From: Trypanosoma brucei
Lineage: Eukaryota
NCBI GenBank assembly: GCA_000002445.1
Contig: CP000071.1
Coordinates: 1,280,001-1,344,000 of the forward strand
Reading direction: 5' to 3'
Length of the DNA: 64,000 bases
This document shows positions 1 through 11,049 of the stretch, in pieces. A program made the translations under genes and the position numbers. Under the pieces are notes generated by a model, which made no database searches, was not told where the DNA came from, and saw only the letters and a list, made by a program, of their open reading frames with translations. How positions within the stretch are numbered: position 1 is the stretch's first letter; each line of letters opens with the position of its first letter.

Positions 1-3000
1 TCCATTTCCTCTCGTTTACGCGCCTCCCGTTGCACCAAATAGGAACGAAGTCGGTAATCACGTCGTGCAAGAAATCCGCGCATGACAGCCTGAATGCGCG
101 TGACACACGAAAGAACTAAAGCACGAAGAGCACGCTCACGCTCTTCCGCCTCCTTCTTGCGGCGCCGTGCTATCCAGCGACGAACCCCACGCTGAATAAC
201 GGTTGCGCATTTATCGAGGAATAACTGCCGCCGCACGACCCTGCGGACAATCAACTTATCCGTTAACCGACGGCAGCGTCGTTCCTCGGCTATTTGGCAG
301 CTTCGTCGTGCACGGAGAAATGCGCCAATGTGGGCCACAATTTTCAATTTTTGTTCGTGACGAAGCCACTGGTACAACTCCATGGCTTGACGGCGGAGTC
401 GCAGTGCATAACCCAGTTGCATGCGCACAGTCCCGGCGCGACTCGCACTTTGAATCCTCATCGCTGCATAGAAGAAACCACGACCGATAGCCGCACGGCG
501 GTGCCGTGCGGTTCGTTTTGCTATTGCCATGCGAGCAAATGATTGAAGTTTTATGGTTGCTCGGTATATGCGGTATTCTTCGTCCAGGCGGTCCCTACTG
601 GTAACTTGCTGCACCCTGCGGAGATACCGTACAGTTCCATCAGCAAGGAAGCGACGGACCACGCGCTGGATCAACAGCACTGCACGCACTGTTCGACGGC
701 AGTGGTTGAGTGCATTGTGCACAACCTGCAGCCGTAAGGCATTCTTCCATCCTTGCTGTATGACTGCGGCAGCCTCTTCACGTTTGACCTCACGATGTGC
801 AGCTTCCAGCGCAAGACGCTCACGGCGGCGTTTGTACTCCTGCAAGCACAACCGCACAAGATCGATACTTTCGTTAAGTTTTCGCTGCCGTTGCTCGTAC
901 TCTTCTGCCAACCGCTCCCTAAGGAGACGCACTTTTCGTCGGTCCAGATGGCCTTTATAGTGTCGCTGAATGACAGTTGCCGCGCTGTTTTGTTTTCGAA
1001 GCAACTCCTCTTCTCTCTGCTCTTCCTTAATTTCACGCTCCCGCCGCCGCCAGTATTGCCTGCGTGGATAAACAAGTCGCCACCAACGCGCCACGATCGT
1101 CTGCGCCACAACGCGCAGCCGTAACTCTTCCATGTTGTTGAGTCTAAGCAGTTTACAAAGGTACCGCTGAACTCTTCGCCGAGCAACGTAATCCTTTCCA
1201 TAGCGCGCAATAACAAGTGCTGCCTTGATTTCACGATTTTCTCGTTCAATTCGCTCATCCATAGCCGTAGCGTACCTTTGCTGCGTCAAACGCAGATGTT
1301 TTTGCGCGACAACAGAGTGAATAAAGCCTTCAATACACATTGCTGCGGCCTTTTGCACCCGGTAAACACGCTTGTAGAGAATCTGCTGCCGTTCACGCAG
1401 TGCAACACGCGCCTGATAAACACGCCAGGCGCATTGTATTTTGATGGCTGAGAGCATACGCCACTGGAAAAGTTGCCGGAAGTAGTTAACGAGTTCGATC
1501 TCGCAGCGTTCTTTTTTCTCTTCTACTGTTTCCTCCTCACTTTCTTCACTCTCCTCAGTTTCCTCACTTTCTTCGGTTTCCTCCGTTTCTTCTTCATCCG
1601 ATTCATCTGATTCATCTTCCTCATCCGATTCCTCTTCCTCATCCGATTCCTCATCTTTTTTATCCTCACAAACTAACCCATGCGCCGACCCCTCACGTTC
1701 ACTAGCTGCTGCTTCACCTGAATTGGGCCTCTGAGTGCTATCAGAAGATTGGGCCTTGTCGATTCTGGGTCGGCGTTTGGGTTTCTTCGCAAGCGCACTT
1801 TTCAGGTTGAACGCTCCCGAACTTTCTTGCAGGTCAGCGTCAGAGTCTCCTTTGTCCATTCCCAGTGCGGAATCATGTAAGGGGGAACCGACTGATGAAC
1901 TTCCACCATCCGCTGCTCGCTTGTGGCTTCGTTTCTTCACTTTGCGCTTTAGTGCCTGGGAATCGCTCAGAGGGGCTTGGGAGGCGCGTAAAGATCCGCC
2001 CTCCTCGGAGGTGGTGGGTTCCTCCTTATCATGCCCCTTTGCTGATCGCTTCTTTTTCTTCTTTTTCTTCATGTCGTCACCAATAAGACCCAGTCGGGCA
2101 AGCAGCGCGTCACCGCTAGAGAAATCGTTGAAGAGACTCTTGGTAAGATCCTCACTCTCAACGCGCTTCCTGACTTTCTTCTTCTTCTCTGTTTTCCGTT
2201 TAGCTTTTTTCACTCGCGCCAGCAGTTGGTCCCCGGCACCAAGGTTGTCGGCGGCAGAATTTTCTGTAACTATGGCTATTTCCCCGGTACCACTCGACGT
2301 CTTTTTCCTTGCTCGGACACGGTTTAATAGGTTTGTTAAGGTTCCATCACCACTAAGCTCATCGGTAACAGTACCATCATCGTCATCATCATCGCCATCT
2401 GATTTTGTATCTTTATCATCGCCCTTCGCTTTCTTATGCTTTTTTTTGTCATCTTTCCTGCTTTTCATACGATCAATACAGGCTAATAGTGCTTCCCCAC
2501 CAACGAAACCATCGCCGTCCGCCTGCAACATGCCTTCATCGATCTCCAAGGTCGATTCATTTCTTTCCTCTTTTGATTTCCTTGACTTTTTCTTCGACTC
2601 GCTTCCACCTTGCGCTGCACCTGGTTTCCCTGGCCCGACAAATGCAGGCAGAAAACTTCGTTGGCGACGGAGCCTCCTTCTTCGCCGCTGTATTTCTAAC
2701 ATTTTTTCCCTCTCCCGCTCTTCCTCGCGCCTTTTCTCCGCAAAAAGCGTATCCTCCACACTCACACCGCCGAGCCGCAGCGCATCACTCGGCCGTCGTA
2801 ACCTGTGACAGGTGAAGAGGTGTTTTGTATTTACATGTTCCCCACTTACCACAACCTCAACGGTCCGTTTTCGCGTTCCACCAAGAGGCATAGAAGGGTC
2901 CCACTTTATGGCAGCCTGGTACCAATTATCGTTTAGTTGAGAATCCGAATCACCTACAACTACTGGGAAACTCGGAAGGCGGTCTTGCAGCGAGGGAAGT

Positions 3001-4160
3001 GCAATTTTCGTGCTGACAGTTGCGAACGAGCTCATCCCTGCGGTCGTTACTGTGCGTGGGGTAGAGGCGTTGCGCGATGGTGCAGTGACCCTACCTTGGC
3101 TAATCTGTGGCAGACTCAATATGCTTTGATTCGATCCAACTGTTTCGCCAAGGATGTTAGCCTCAAGTCGTGACGGTCGGTTCGATCTTCTTCCATCCTC
3201 ATGCGGCTCTACCATGGGTTCCGCCTGATTTGGGGCATCTTGGATGCCCTCAAGTTTCAAACGAAGCGGATGGTTGGGTTCCAAGTACTGCTTACCAAGT
3301 TCTAAGGCCCTCGAAAAGCTGGTTTGCATTTCTCGTTCTATAGCCAACTGTTTATTACTATCAACTTCCAATGAAGAAATATGCTCAAGTTCACAGCCAA
3401 CATTGTACAGCGCGACCGGAAGGAGCTCACAAGCCTCCTTCATACAATTGACACCGAATCCCCCTGCCGATGGGTTGCTTACCGCAGTTTCCAACATCCG
3501 AACAGCGGCGCGGTGACGCCTGATCGCTCGGTCACACTGACCCGCGTTATGTAAGAGGACGGCAATCTGTATGGAACTCATCGCCTGTCGAAGAAGGTTC
3601 ACCTTCTCCTCAACGGCGACCAACTGCTGCACCGTCTTCGGGTCAGCGGCATCTCCTTGACTTGTCACCACGGCCCGCTGCTTCCTCACAACGGCGGCTA
3701 CATGTTGTTCTAGTTTGCATGCCTCTTTGGCCTGCTTCACAGCCTCCAGCATATCCCCTTGCGACGCATGACCTTGGTTGTTATGGGCAAACAATTCCCG
3801 CAACATAACATGCGTATCGCGAACAACTAACAAAATTTGCGCCGCTATAAGGGGAGGAATGTGCTCCTGTATGCTGATACTGGGTATGGAGGCGTCGCTT
3901 CCGTGATCATCCCTGTTACTAAGAGGAGCACCTTCCCGCTGCAGCCATATGCCGTCTGGAATACAGGCACGACGAACCTCATGCCCGATCTCAGCAGCTT
4001 TATCTAATGCCTGTATGGCTTTGGTCCGCACACCCATGGCGGCCTTCCAGTCAGGTCCGTCAACTACGCCGGGTGGAATATTACTGGAAGCGAGGAGGAA
4101 CTCCTCAATATTTTGTTTTGCCTCAATTTGCAACCGCTGGAGTTCATCAAGTCGTTCCAT
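1..4160 (-). CDS. IQ calmodulin-binding motif array protein, 3' end truncated by the window edge (>1386 aa). It has an N-terminal helical/TPR-like region, a repeated G[DE]ALLAR + Lys-rich motif, a polyacidic E/D/S tract and at least 10 IQ motifs.
   Basis: Hand translation of the minus strand from the ATG at 4160 (reverse complement of cat at 4158-4160) stays open to position 1. The ORF track omits it because there is no stop inside the window. Motifs read include IQCAWRVYQAR, VIQRHYKGHLDRRK, VIQQGWKNALR, LIQRVVRRFL, IKLQSFARMAIAKR, MRIQSASRAG, VIQRGVRRWIARRR and IQAVMRGFLARR. The acidic run (EESDEEEESDEEDESDESDEEETEE...) is encoded by gat/gag/gaa repeats at 1500-1680. The only competing frames are a low-complexity Ser-rich antisense ORF and a 195-aa alternate frame at 671-1258. 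Confidence 0.75.
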   Translation of the reverse strand, partial: MERLDELQRLQIEAKQNIEEFLLASSNIPPGVVDGPDWKAAMGVRTKAIQALDKAAEIGHEVRRACIPDGIWLQREGAPLSNRDDHGSDASIPSISIQEHIPPLIAAQILLVVRDTHVMLRELFAHNNQGHASQGDMLEAVKQAKEACKLEQHVAAVVRKQRAVVTSQGDAADPKTVQQLVAVEEKVNLLRQAMSSIQIAVLLHNAGQCDRAIRRHRAAVRMLETAVSNPSAGGFGVNCMKEACELLPVALYNVGCELEHISSLEVDSNKQLAIEREMQTSFSRALELGKQYLEPNHPLRLKLEGIQDAPNQAEPMVEPHEDGRRSNRPSRLEANILGETVGSNQSILSLPQISQGRVTAPSRNASTPRTVTTAGMSSFATVSTKIALPSLQDRLPSFPVVVGDSDSQLNDNWYQAAIKWDPSMPLGGTRKRTVEVVVSGEHVNTKHLFTCHRLRRPSDALRLGGVSVEDTLFAEKRREEEREREKMLEIQRRRRRLRRQRSFLPAFVGPGKPGAAQGGSESKKKSRKSKEERNESTLEIDEGMLQADGDGFVGGEALLACIDRMKSRKDDKKKHKKAKGDDKDTKSDGDDDDDDGTVTDELSGDGTLTNLLNRVRARKKTSSGTGEIAIVTENSAADNLGAGDQLLARVKKAKRKTEKKKKVRKRVESEDLTKSLFNDFSSGDALLARLGLIGDDMKKKKKKKRSAKGHDKEEPTTSEEGGSLRASQAPLSDSQALKRKVKKRSHKRAADGGSSSVGSPLHDSALGMDKGDSDADLQESSGAFNLKSALAKKPKRRPRIDKAQSSDSTQRPNSGEAAASEREGSAHGLVCEDKKDEESDEEEESDEEDESDESDEEETEETEESEETEESEESEEETVEEKKERCEIELVNYFRQLFQWRMLSAIKIQCAWRVYQARVALRERQQILYKRVYRVQKAAAMCIEGFIHSVVAQKHLRLTQQRYATAMDERIERENREIKAALVIARYGKDYVARRRVQRYLCKLLRLNNMEELRLRVVAQTIVARWWRLVYPRRQYWRRREREIKEEQREEELLRKQNSAATVIQRHYKGHLDRRKVRLLRERLAEEYEQRQRKLNESIDLVRLCLQEYKRRRERLALEAAHREVKREEAAAVIQQGWKNALRLQVVHNALNHCRRTVRAVLLIQRVVRRFLADGTVRYLRRVQQVTSRDRLDEEYRIYRATIKLQSFARMAIAKRTARHRRAAIGRGFFYAAMRIQSASRAGTVRMQLGYALRLRRQAMELYQWLRHEQKLKIVAHIGAFLRARRSCQIAEERRCRRLTDKLIVRRVVRRQLFLDKCATVIQRGVRRWIARRRKKEAEERERALRALVLSCVTRIQAVMRGFLARRDYRLRSYLVQREARKREEM

Positions 4161-4725
4161 TGTGCAGCTCGGAAGTTAGAAGTGGGGATGTAAAGCAGAT
4201 CGAGTCAGTAGCAACCGGCAGAGAAAGAAGAAAGTAAAACAAACCCACACAGTCTGTCACAGTAACCGCGTAAAAATTGTGGGACTAGCCGTGCAGTTCC
4301 TCTATTCCTCTGGTCACGCGGCACCGGTGCAGAACTGGGCACCACCTCTATCTGCTGCTTGTTTTCTTGTCCCTTCGCTGGTCAACCAACCGAGTTTAAG
4401 AAAATAAGGGAAGTTAAAAGAATGGCCAAATTTGCATAATATAAACATGTGCGCAAAACAGTGAAGTTGAAAAAACTGGTCTCGCATATGTGCGTGGAGA
4501 TGAGACTAAGTACGTGGGTGTGGATGTGCACGCGCTACACGGCACAACGAGAGATGAAGAAGTTGACAACAGCGACATTTTCACACGGAAGAGTTATACA
4601 AACACGTCAACACAAAAATAACCAGGGACTAAGGGAGAAAGGAATATGCATAAATGTTGCCTCCAGCACCCGTGGACCGTGTTGTTAAAAGTGTATTACC
4701 TGCCCATCTTAACAACCGCCCACGG

Positions 4726-4777
<52 letters not shown>
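4726..4777. repeat. compound microsatellite (CA)n(TA)n
   Basis: The sequence reads acacacacacacacaca followed by about 16 TA units. Confidence 0.95.
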
Positions 4778-4780
<3 letters not shown>

Positions 4781-6609
4781 GTTATCAGCAAGGGAGAGGG
4801 AAAAGAAGGGTTGCAATTCACACTAAAAATAGTAATATATATTAGTGTGTATGTTTGCTTGCACGCATAAGTTTAACAAGGCAAAGAAAAAACAGGTACA
4901 GTAGACGGTCGTACTCAGTTTCTGCATCTGAGACTTCCTGATCTGGCCTGACCTCACCTCATCTCCCCCTTCTCAACCCTTTGAGCTGCCAAATCCTCAG
5001 GTAAAATGGAGCGCCGCAATACGCCTCAGGCGGAAAAGTAACGAAAAAAAAAACGGCACACTAGTGACACTTTCATCCCCTTATTCCTTTTCTTCACCCT
5101 TCCTTTCAACAGCTCAATAACCATTTCATCTATTTCCTCGTCCACTTCATGTCAAGTGATGTCACAAAAATCAGTCCCATTCCCCCCCGTACTCTCTTTT
5201 TCTGATGCGCTTCCTCTTTCAATCCGTCCTTCCCCAGCTCCCTTCAAAGACCACCACATCCCCTCCATAATGCAACACACAACAAAAAGGAAAGAGAGGA
5301 ATGGAAAAAGAAATGAAGAAGAGAAAAGAGGTTGAAGGAAAAGAAAGGAAAGGAAAGTGAGACCCTACTCAGAGAATGCATTGACAGCAACAGTTGTGCC
5401 ATTACGTGACATGGCACCCATTTCCGTTTCTTCATAGGAATACCATGGTTTTCTTTTTTTTTTTTGTCCGGGGGGAGGGGGTTGCCTTGTCGGTCATATA
5501 TTTCTTTGCGGTTTCACTCCACTGCATCACCGCTGCTCCCTCCCCCGATAAAATTTTCCGCAAGTTCAGCAAATCGATTCCGTGAGTTGTTTTTTCTTTT
5601 TCTTTTTTTTTCTTCGTTCCCTCCTTCTTTCCTTCCTTCTAAATGTACGTATGTTTGTGCCTCACTGGAATTCTTCATTTTATTCATTTCCCTCCATCTT
5701 TTCATTCTTCTTTTCCCTCTTTTTTTTTTCATCTTCCATTTGCTCAAACAACTCCCACCCCCCAATCCCAAGCCTTTATGACCACAACGACTACACCAAA
5801 CCCACAAAAGGCTGACCTACCTATTTCAAAACATTCAGCCATACCAAACCCGAATATGAAGGGAACAAACAAACAAACAAACAACAAAAAATGGAAACAC
5901 AAAGACAGAACAGTGGAGAAACTAAAGGGATGGAATCGAAATAACGAGTGAGCATTGTTTTACTTATATTATTTATGTGCGCAATTATCCACTTGTTTGA
6001 AGGGTTGTTGTTAACCAGCAAAGCACAGAAACCTGAGACTGTTTTTTTTCCCCTCCCTTTTAAATAGAAAAGAGAGATGCGGCGCTCGCAGTAATAACAT
6101 ATACGCAACATAACGCACGCAGTCTCAGAGGTGTAACCGTGAGCGCAGCAAACGGACACACACGATTGAAATTTAATAACAGCAAGATTTGTCAGAGTAG
6201 CTTTGTATAAAAGAGGGCCTGGCAAACCAAAGAGGCACACAGAAAGGTGTAGGGGCAAAAGGTTCGTAAAGGAAGAGAGAAAGGGAAAAGGAAGGGAGGG
6301 AGGGCATGGAAGGGAACAACAACAAAAAAAAAGCGGTAAGCTGCGCCCAAGTATTTGATACTCCCCACACATCCCACTCCATCGGGCATTTGTTACTTGA
6401 GCAAATGTCACATGTTAGATACAACAAATGTCTTTACACCATAGTGTATGTATGCATAATTCCCGTCCACTCCTTATTTCGTTTCCCTACTCAACCACTC
6501 ACAACCACACGAACACGAACATACACATATACGTGTGCACTCCTTTTTCTCTTTTTTACCAAAGTTACCTTTTTTTTTTCTATCCAGGCCTTAATCGCTT
6601 TCTGAAGTC

Positions 6610-7260
6610 TTAACAGCACCCGCCACTCGCCTTACCAGCCGGCTGGTTGGAATTGGAAGGCGAAAGGTTCACTGGCTTTTTGGCTGCCGCGCCTGCATTA
6701 AGAGGCGGCCGCTTGCCCGTTGCAGCGGAATCGACCGGCGCCACAACATGGTCATACACCGATTTCGCAAGCCACTCAAAAGCCTTGTCTACGTTTGTTT
6801 TCTCCAACGCGGAGGTTTCGAGGAAAGACAAACCGTTTTCACGGGCAAAGCGGTCAGCCACTTCCTTTTTGATCACACGCAGGTGCTCAAGATCGCATTT
6901 GTTGCCAATGAGAAAGATAGAGCACGTGGCGGGTACGAAGGCGCGGAGCTCCTGAAGCCACGTGGAAATGGAATCAAATGATGTTTGGTTGGTGATGTCA
7001 TAGACGAGCATCGCCCCCTTCGCTCCGTGGTAAATCGAACGGGAGATGGCGCGGAAACGTTCCTGCCCAGCGGTATCCCAAATCTGCACTTTGGCGTCCC
7101 GCCCTTCAATTTTGATGCTTTTTGTCATAAACTCCACGCCGATAGTCGCCGGCGTGTCTTGACTGAACTCATCGGCTGTGTAGCGAGTCATGAGGTTGGA
7201 CTTCCCAACACCGCTGTCACCCACGATAACAACTTTGAACGTAAGGTTCATGTCTTCCAT
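6610..7260 (-). CDS. RAB11: Rab family small GTPase, Rab11-like, 216 aa with a C-terminal GGCC double-cysteine prenylation motif
   Basis: P-loop GDSGVGKS, switch II WDTAGQERFRAIS, NKCD and ETSA(L) G-boxes. The N-terminus (FKVVIVGDSGVGKSNLMTRYTADEF) and the RAI(S/T) switch II are closest to Rab11. The protein ends in CC. The subfamily assignment is from memory. Confidence 0.8.
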   Translation of the reverse strand: MEDMNLTFKVVIVGDSGVGKSNLMTRYTADEFSQDTPATIGVEFMTKSIKIEGRDAKVQIWDTAGQERFRAISRSIYHGAKGAMLVYDITNQTSFDSISTWLQELRAFVPATCSIFLIGNKCDLEHLRVIKKEVADRFARENGLSFLETSALEKTNVDKAFEWLAKSVYDHVVAPVDSAATGKRPPLNAGAAAKKPVNLSPSNSNQPAGKASGGCC

Positions 7261-9217
7261 TGTTTCTGGTTTTACTGAGTATGAAAGATATTAAAACCGT
7301 GATATGGGTTCTGCGAGAACTCTCCTCTTCCTTCCCTTCAAATACGTCACTTTTCTTCGTTTCTTCTCCTTCGTTCAGCTACTTCGTTGTAAACCTTCTT
7401 CGTGATGTCCTTTGTTTGCGTACGATTATTACTTGCTATTTTTATTCTATTATATACTTTTTTTTTTTTGCTTCTCTTGGCGGATTTCTCTTCTTCGTCT
7501 TCCTCCCCTTGATTGCTTCAATTATCCTATCACGGCGACTAGTTGTTTCTATCTTCCCTCAGTTGTCAGTGTTTGGCCTACGTGACAAAACCGAAGAGGT
7601 CAACGTACAAATTAAAATTAAAAATAATAACGATGACAATGACAATCATTATTTTTATATGAAAGGTGCGAGATAAAGGGAAAGGGAAAACAGGAGGAAG
7701 TTGAAAAAAAGGGGGGATGATGTTTGGGATACAGTTGGAAAGTTTTTCAAAGGCTCACTTCCAGGCTTTTGCATCAATTACACTAAAACAGAAGCAGTGG
7801 TGGCATCCCGTAACGAAACAGCACGCAGTCGCACTGCGAAACTCAATTAATATGCTGTAACAGTAATGCCATCTCGCAAGTCACAGTAGCAACAGCAAAC
7901 ATCACTTCCAAAATGATATATCAATAATGGAAGAATCGGAAACGAAAAAGAAAAGAATGCGTACGGTATCAGGCAGGCTTCCGGTACCAAATGGTTTCAA
8001 CAACATCACTCAAAAAAGACAACAGTATGTTTTTTTTGTGTGTGTGGAGGGAGGAGGAGGAGGTGATCGTGTTGGTAAGTGAAAAGATAAAAGTAGCCCT
8101 CCTCTCTCTCCTCCTCCTCTATTTGTATCCTTCGGGGACCTAAACGCGTCGGCGAATAAAGGGGAAGGAGGAAAGAGAAGACAAAAAGAAAACAAAAAAA
8201 ACTTATCAGAAGTAATCCCGGGCTATCGCCCCCCCCCCTCTCTCTTGTCTATTCATTTCTTTTTCTTTTTCCTTTTCCTTTTTCTTTCATGTTCATAGGC
8301 GCTCGTATAATTGGTTAACTGATGAAATTTAGCGTCGTTTCGATATTCTCCACTTTTTTGTTGGTGCTGTTTTTGTTTTCATCTCCCAACACACTTGTCA
8401 GATGAGGCCCATCGCCTCATCCCCTCCGTATTCCCTCATATAATAATGTTACGATGACGAACTTTCGGAATATATTCACCTCCTCGATTTTTTTTCTCTT
8501 AAAAAAAGGATATAAAGCAAATGGAAAAGAAAATCAAAAACAAGAACGAAGACGTAAATGGAAAATATCCACACGAGTGTCATGAACCGGCTATGCATCC
8601 CCCTTTTCCTACTTCCTTTTATATTTTAGTGTTACTTTAAACACCAAATTACTGCAGTGACAGCCAATCACAGAGACTCATTTCGAAACAGCACGGGGGG
8701 GGGGTACACCAAAAGAATGGATAAAAAAGTAATATATAAAGAAAAAAGACAGTGATTTCTTAAAGAAGTTTAACTTTTAAAAAATGTACGGAAAAGAAGA
8801 GCAAGAAACGGTCCCACTACCAGCAACACAAACAAATCAACGAAACAAACAAACAAACAGCGCTGTGCGGTAAATTTTAGTAAAATATAAAAGACCATCC
8901 ACATTCTCTTCCATACACATGAATAGGGGACTAACAATTACGGGAAAATACAGAAGAAAATGAGTAGAACCCTTCCAGCGGGAAACCGACCACAACCGAT
9001 GTGCCTCCGTATAGAAATACCTACGTATATTCATACTCGGTGGGAATACAGAACAAGAAAAAGAAAAAAAAGCACCATCGCGGTCCACGACACCGCCATA
9101 TTACCCACCTAGCAACAAAAGACAAACACAAAAAAGAAAAACAAAAGAAAAGAGAAAAATATGGTAAAAGTGGGTGTAAATTTTTTTTAAAAATGAGTAA
9201 AAACAGGTGGGATTCGC

Positions 9218-9820
9218 TCATTTAACGCAAGGCACTCCACAAACATCAACATTATACATTTTCTTCTTAGTTTTTTCCACCAGAACCTTCTGCACATCAA
9301 ACAATGCGAGCATTTGAAACAATGCCGTAACACAGGCAGCAAATACCACCATGGAATGCAACGAACAGCTATGCACGGCTCTTCCCGACTTTCCAATCAC
9401 TGCTGTTTCATTATCAATAGTCCCCGATTCATTCAGCATGGAGGTTAGCTCCGCTGGGTTATTCAACGCATCAAAAAACTCCGAGTGGTTGAGAATTCCC
9501 AAGTCGCGGCAGTCCAAAACGACAAGTAACGTCAGACCGGTGGAATGAGTGAGGAAGCCAAATGTTATTAACAACACGAAGGTAATGATGTACAGCAAAT
9601 ACCGCTGCTTCAGGCTAATGCAATGCAGCGCGGCGTAGCAAAAGAGAGAAAGACTACAGAAAGCAACGCTGAGCATATGAAATACGGTGAAACGGTCCCG
9701 CTTCACTTCACGAAACACAACCACTGAAAGGCACACGGCGTAAATGGTTGTACTCAAAGCCAATAAAACGGCAGTGATCACGCTCATGAACCTACGGAAG
9801 CAATTACCGACGGAAGCCAT
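9218..9820 (-). CDS. hypothetical small 4-TM membrane protein (200 aa)
   Basis: Four hydrophobic ~22-aa segments, with a Cys-containing loop between TM3 and TM4. The sequence is coding-like relative to its flanks. Confidence 0.55.
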   Translation of the reverse strand: MASVGNCFRRFMSVITAVLLALSTTIYAVCLSVVVFREVKRDRFTVFHMLSVAFCSLSLFCYAALHCISLKQRYLLYIITFVLLITFGFLTHSTGLTLLVVLDCRDLGILNHSEFFDALNNPAELTSMLNESGTIDNETAVIGKSGRAVHSCSLHSMVVFAACVTALFQMLALFDVQKVLVEKTKKKMYNVDVCGVPCVK

Positions 9821-11049
9821 GATGCTAAATTACTATAGAAACAGATATATGTATATTATAAATACTTGTGTATTTGCCTGGGATACCTCCTTTTTTAAAA
9901 GAGGGGCCTTCTTTTTTGCACTCACGCCTTTTTTTGCCCTCTAAATATTCGTATTTCTCGTTATTGATTTTTTTCTCTAACTCCTTTGAAAAAAAAAAGA
10001 TGATTGCTGGGCCTCTTTACTTTATTAGTGTTGTTACAAATGTAAACACTGTCGAAGGTGCCGCCGTCACGACGAAGTGCGAAGGAGGTCAAAAAAGCAA
10101 GTCGAATATATGGAAAGGAAGCAAGCACAAGAAGAAGGGGAAAGAGATGACAAAAGTCGGAATAGCATTAGCTTCTCTGTCATTTTTTTTTTGTTGCACC
10201 TATCAGACACACATGAATGCATGCACAGAATTCGCACAAACATATAATTAGTCGCAACAAGCCAAGTGAAACTGTAAAAGGTGAGATTTTTTTTTCTGCG
10301 ATGATTCATCGGCAGTTTCTTCAACAAAATAAGGAAGTGAAAGTTCCACAGTAAAGGCATTTATTCCTCCTACCGTTAAAATACAGTGGTTGCAAGAACG
10401 AACAGTTCCCAGTGCCGTTTTCCCGTAGGCAACAATGCATAAAAATACAAAGGAAATGACAAGCAACAAACCTTGAAGGCAAAAATTTCTGGAACAATGC
10501 CTTTAACCAACAAAAATAAGGCGGTAACACCAATGAAAATAATAACAATAACATTCTCGTAGAAGCAGGCTAGAATAATACTGCTAATAACCGTAATAGC
10601 GATATTAATTTATTGAAAAATGCAAATAAGGCAATGGATACAATACAATTGTCATTCGGTTGTGTCCTGGTCAAACGTTTGGGTATCCTCTGGGTATCTG
10701 AGAACACCATTAGCCAAATAAACAATAACAAACAAAAAAGCAGATGCTCGTGGCTGTGCACATATACATGTATGGGTGTCCTCGCCTCTTCTTTTCCCCA
10801 ATAACTAAAAGAGAGGTCATGCGGAGCCCAATCAAAATAACTGTATTCCCACAGACGAAACCCATTTGATGTAAACAAAATACTGTCGATCATTACCCTC
10901 TAAGCAGTATAAAATTGCAACGTGCAGATGCGGACCATCATCGATGAATTGCTTTCCCGTGTACGCATACACAGTATGTACCATCGAGTTTACCTGCTCG
11001 GGGACATACTGGCGCAACGAACAGAAAATGTAACTTATCAAAATAGCTC

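Noticed and set aside
1735-2808. Plus-strand 357-aa ORF (Ser/Phe/Leu-rich)
   Set aside because: It is antisense to the polyacidic and Lys-rich part of the minus-strand IQ-motif gene. The low-complexity translation arises from ttc/ctc/tct repeats and is not a gene.
8300-8420. Possible C/D snoRNA (a ctgatga box C-like element at ~8321 and ctga/tgag elements ~80 nt downstream)
   Set aside because: The motifs are short and common. There is no terminal stem or guide complementarity that I can verify by eye.
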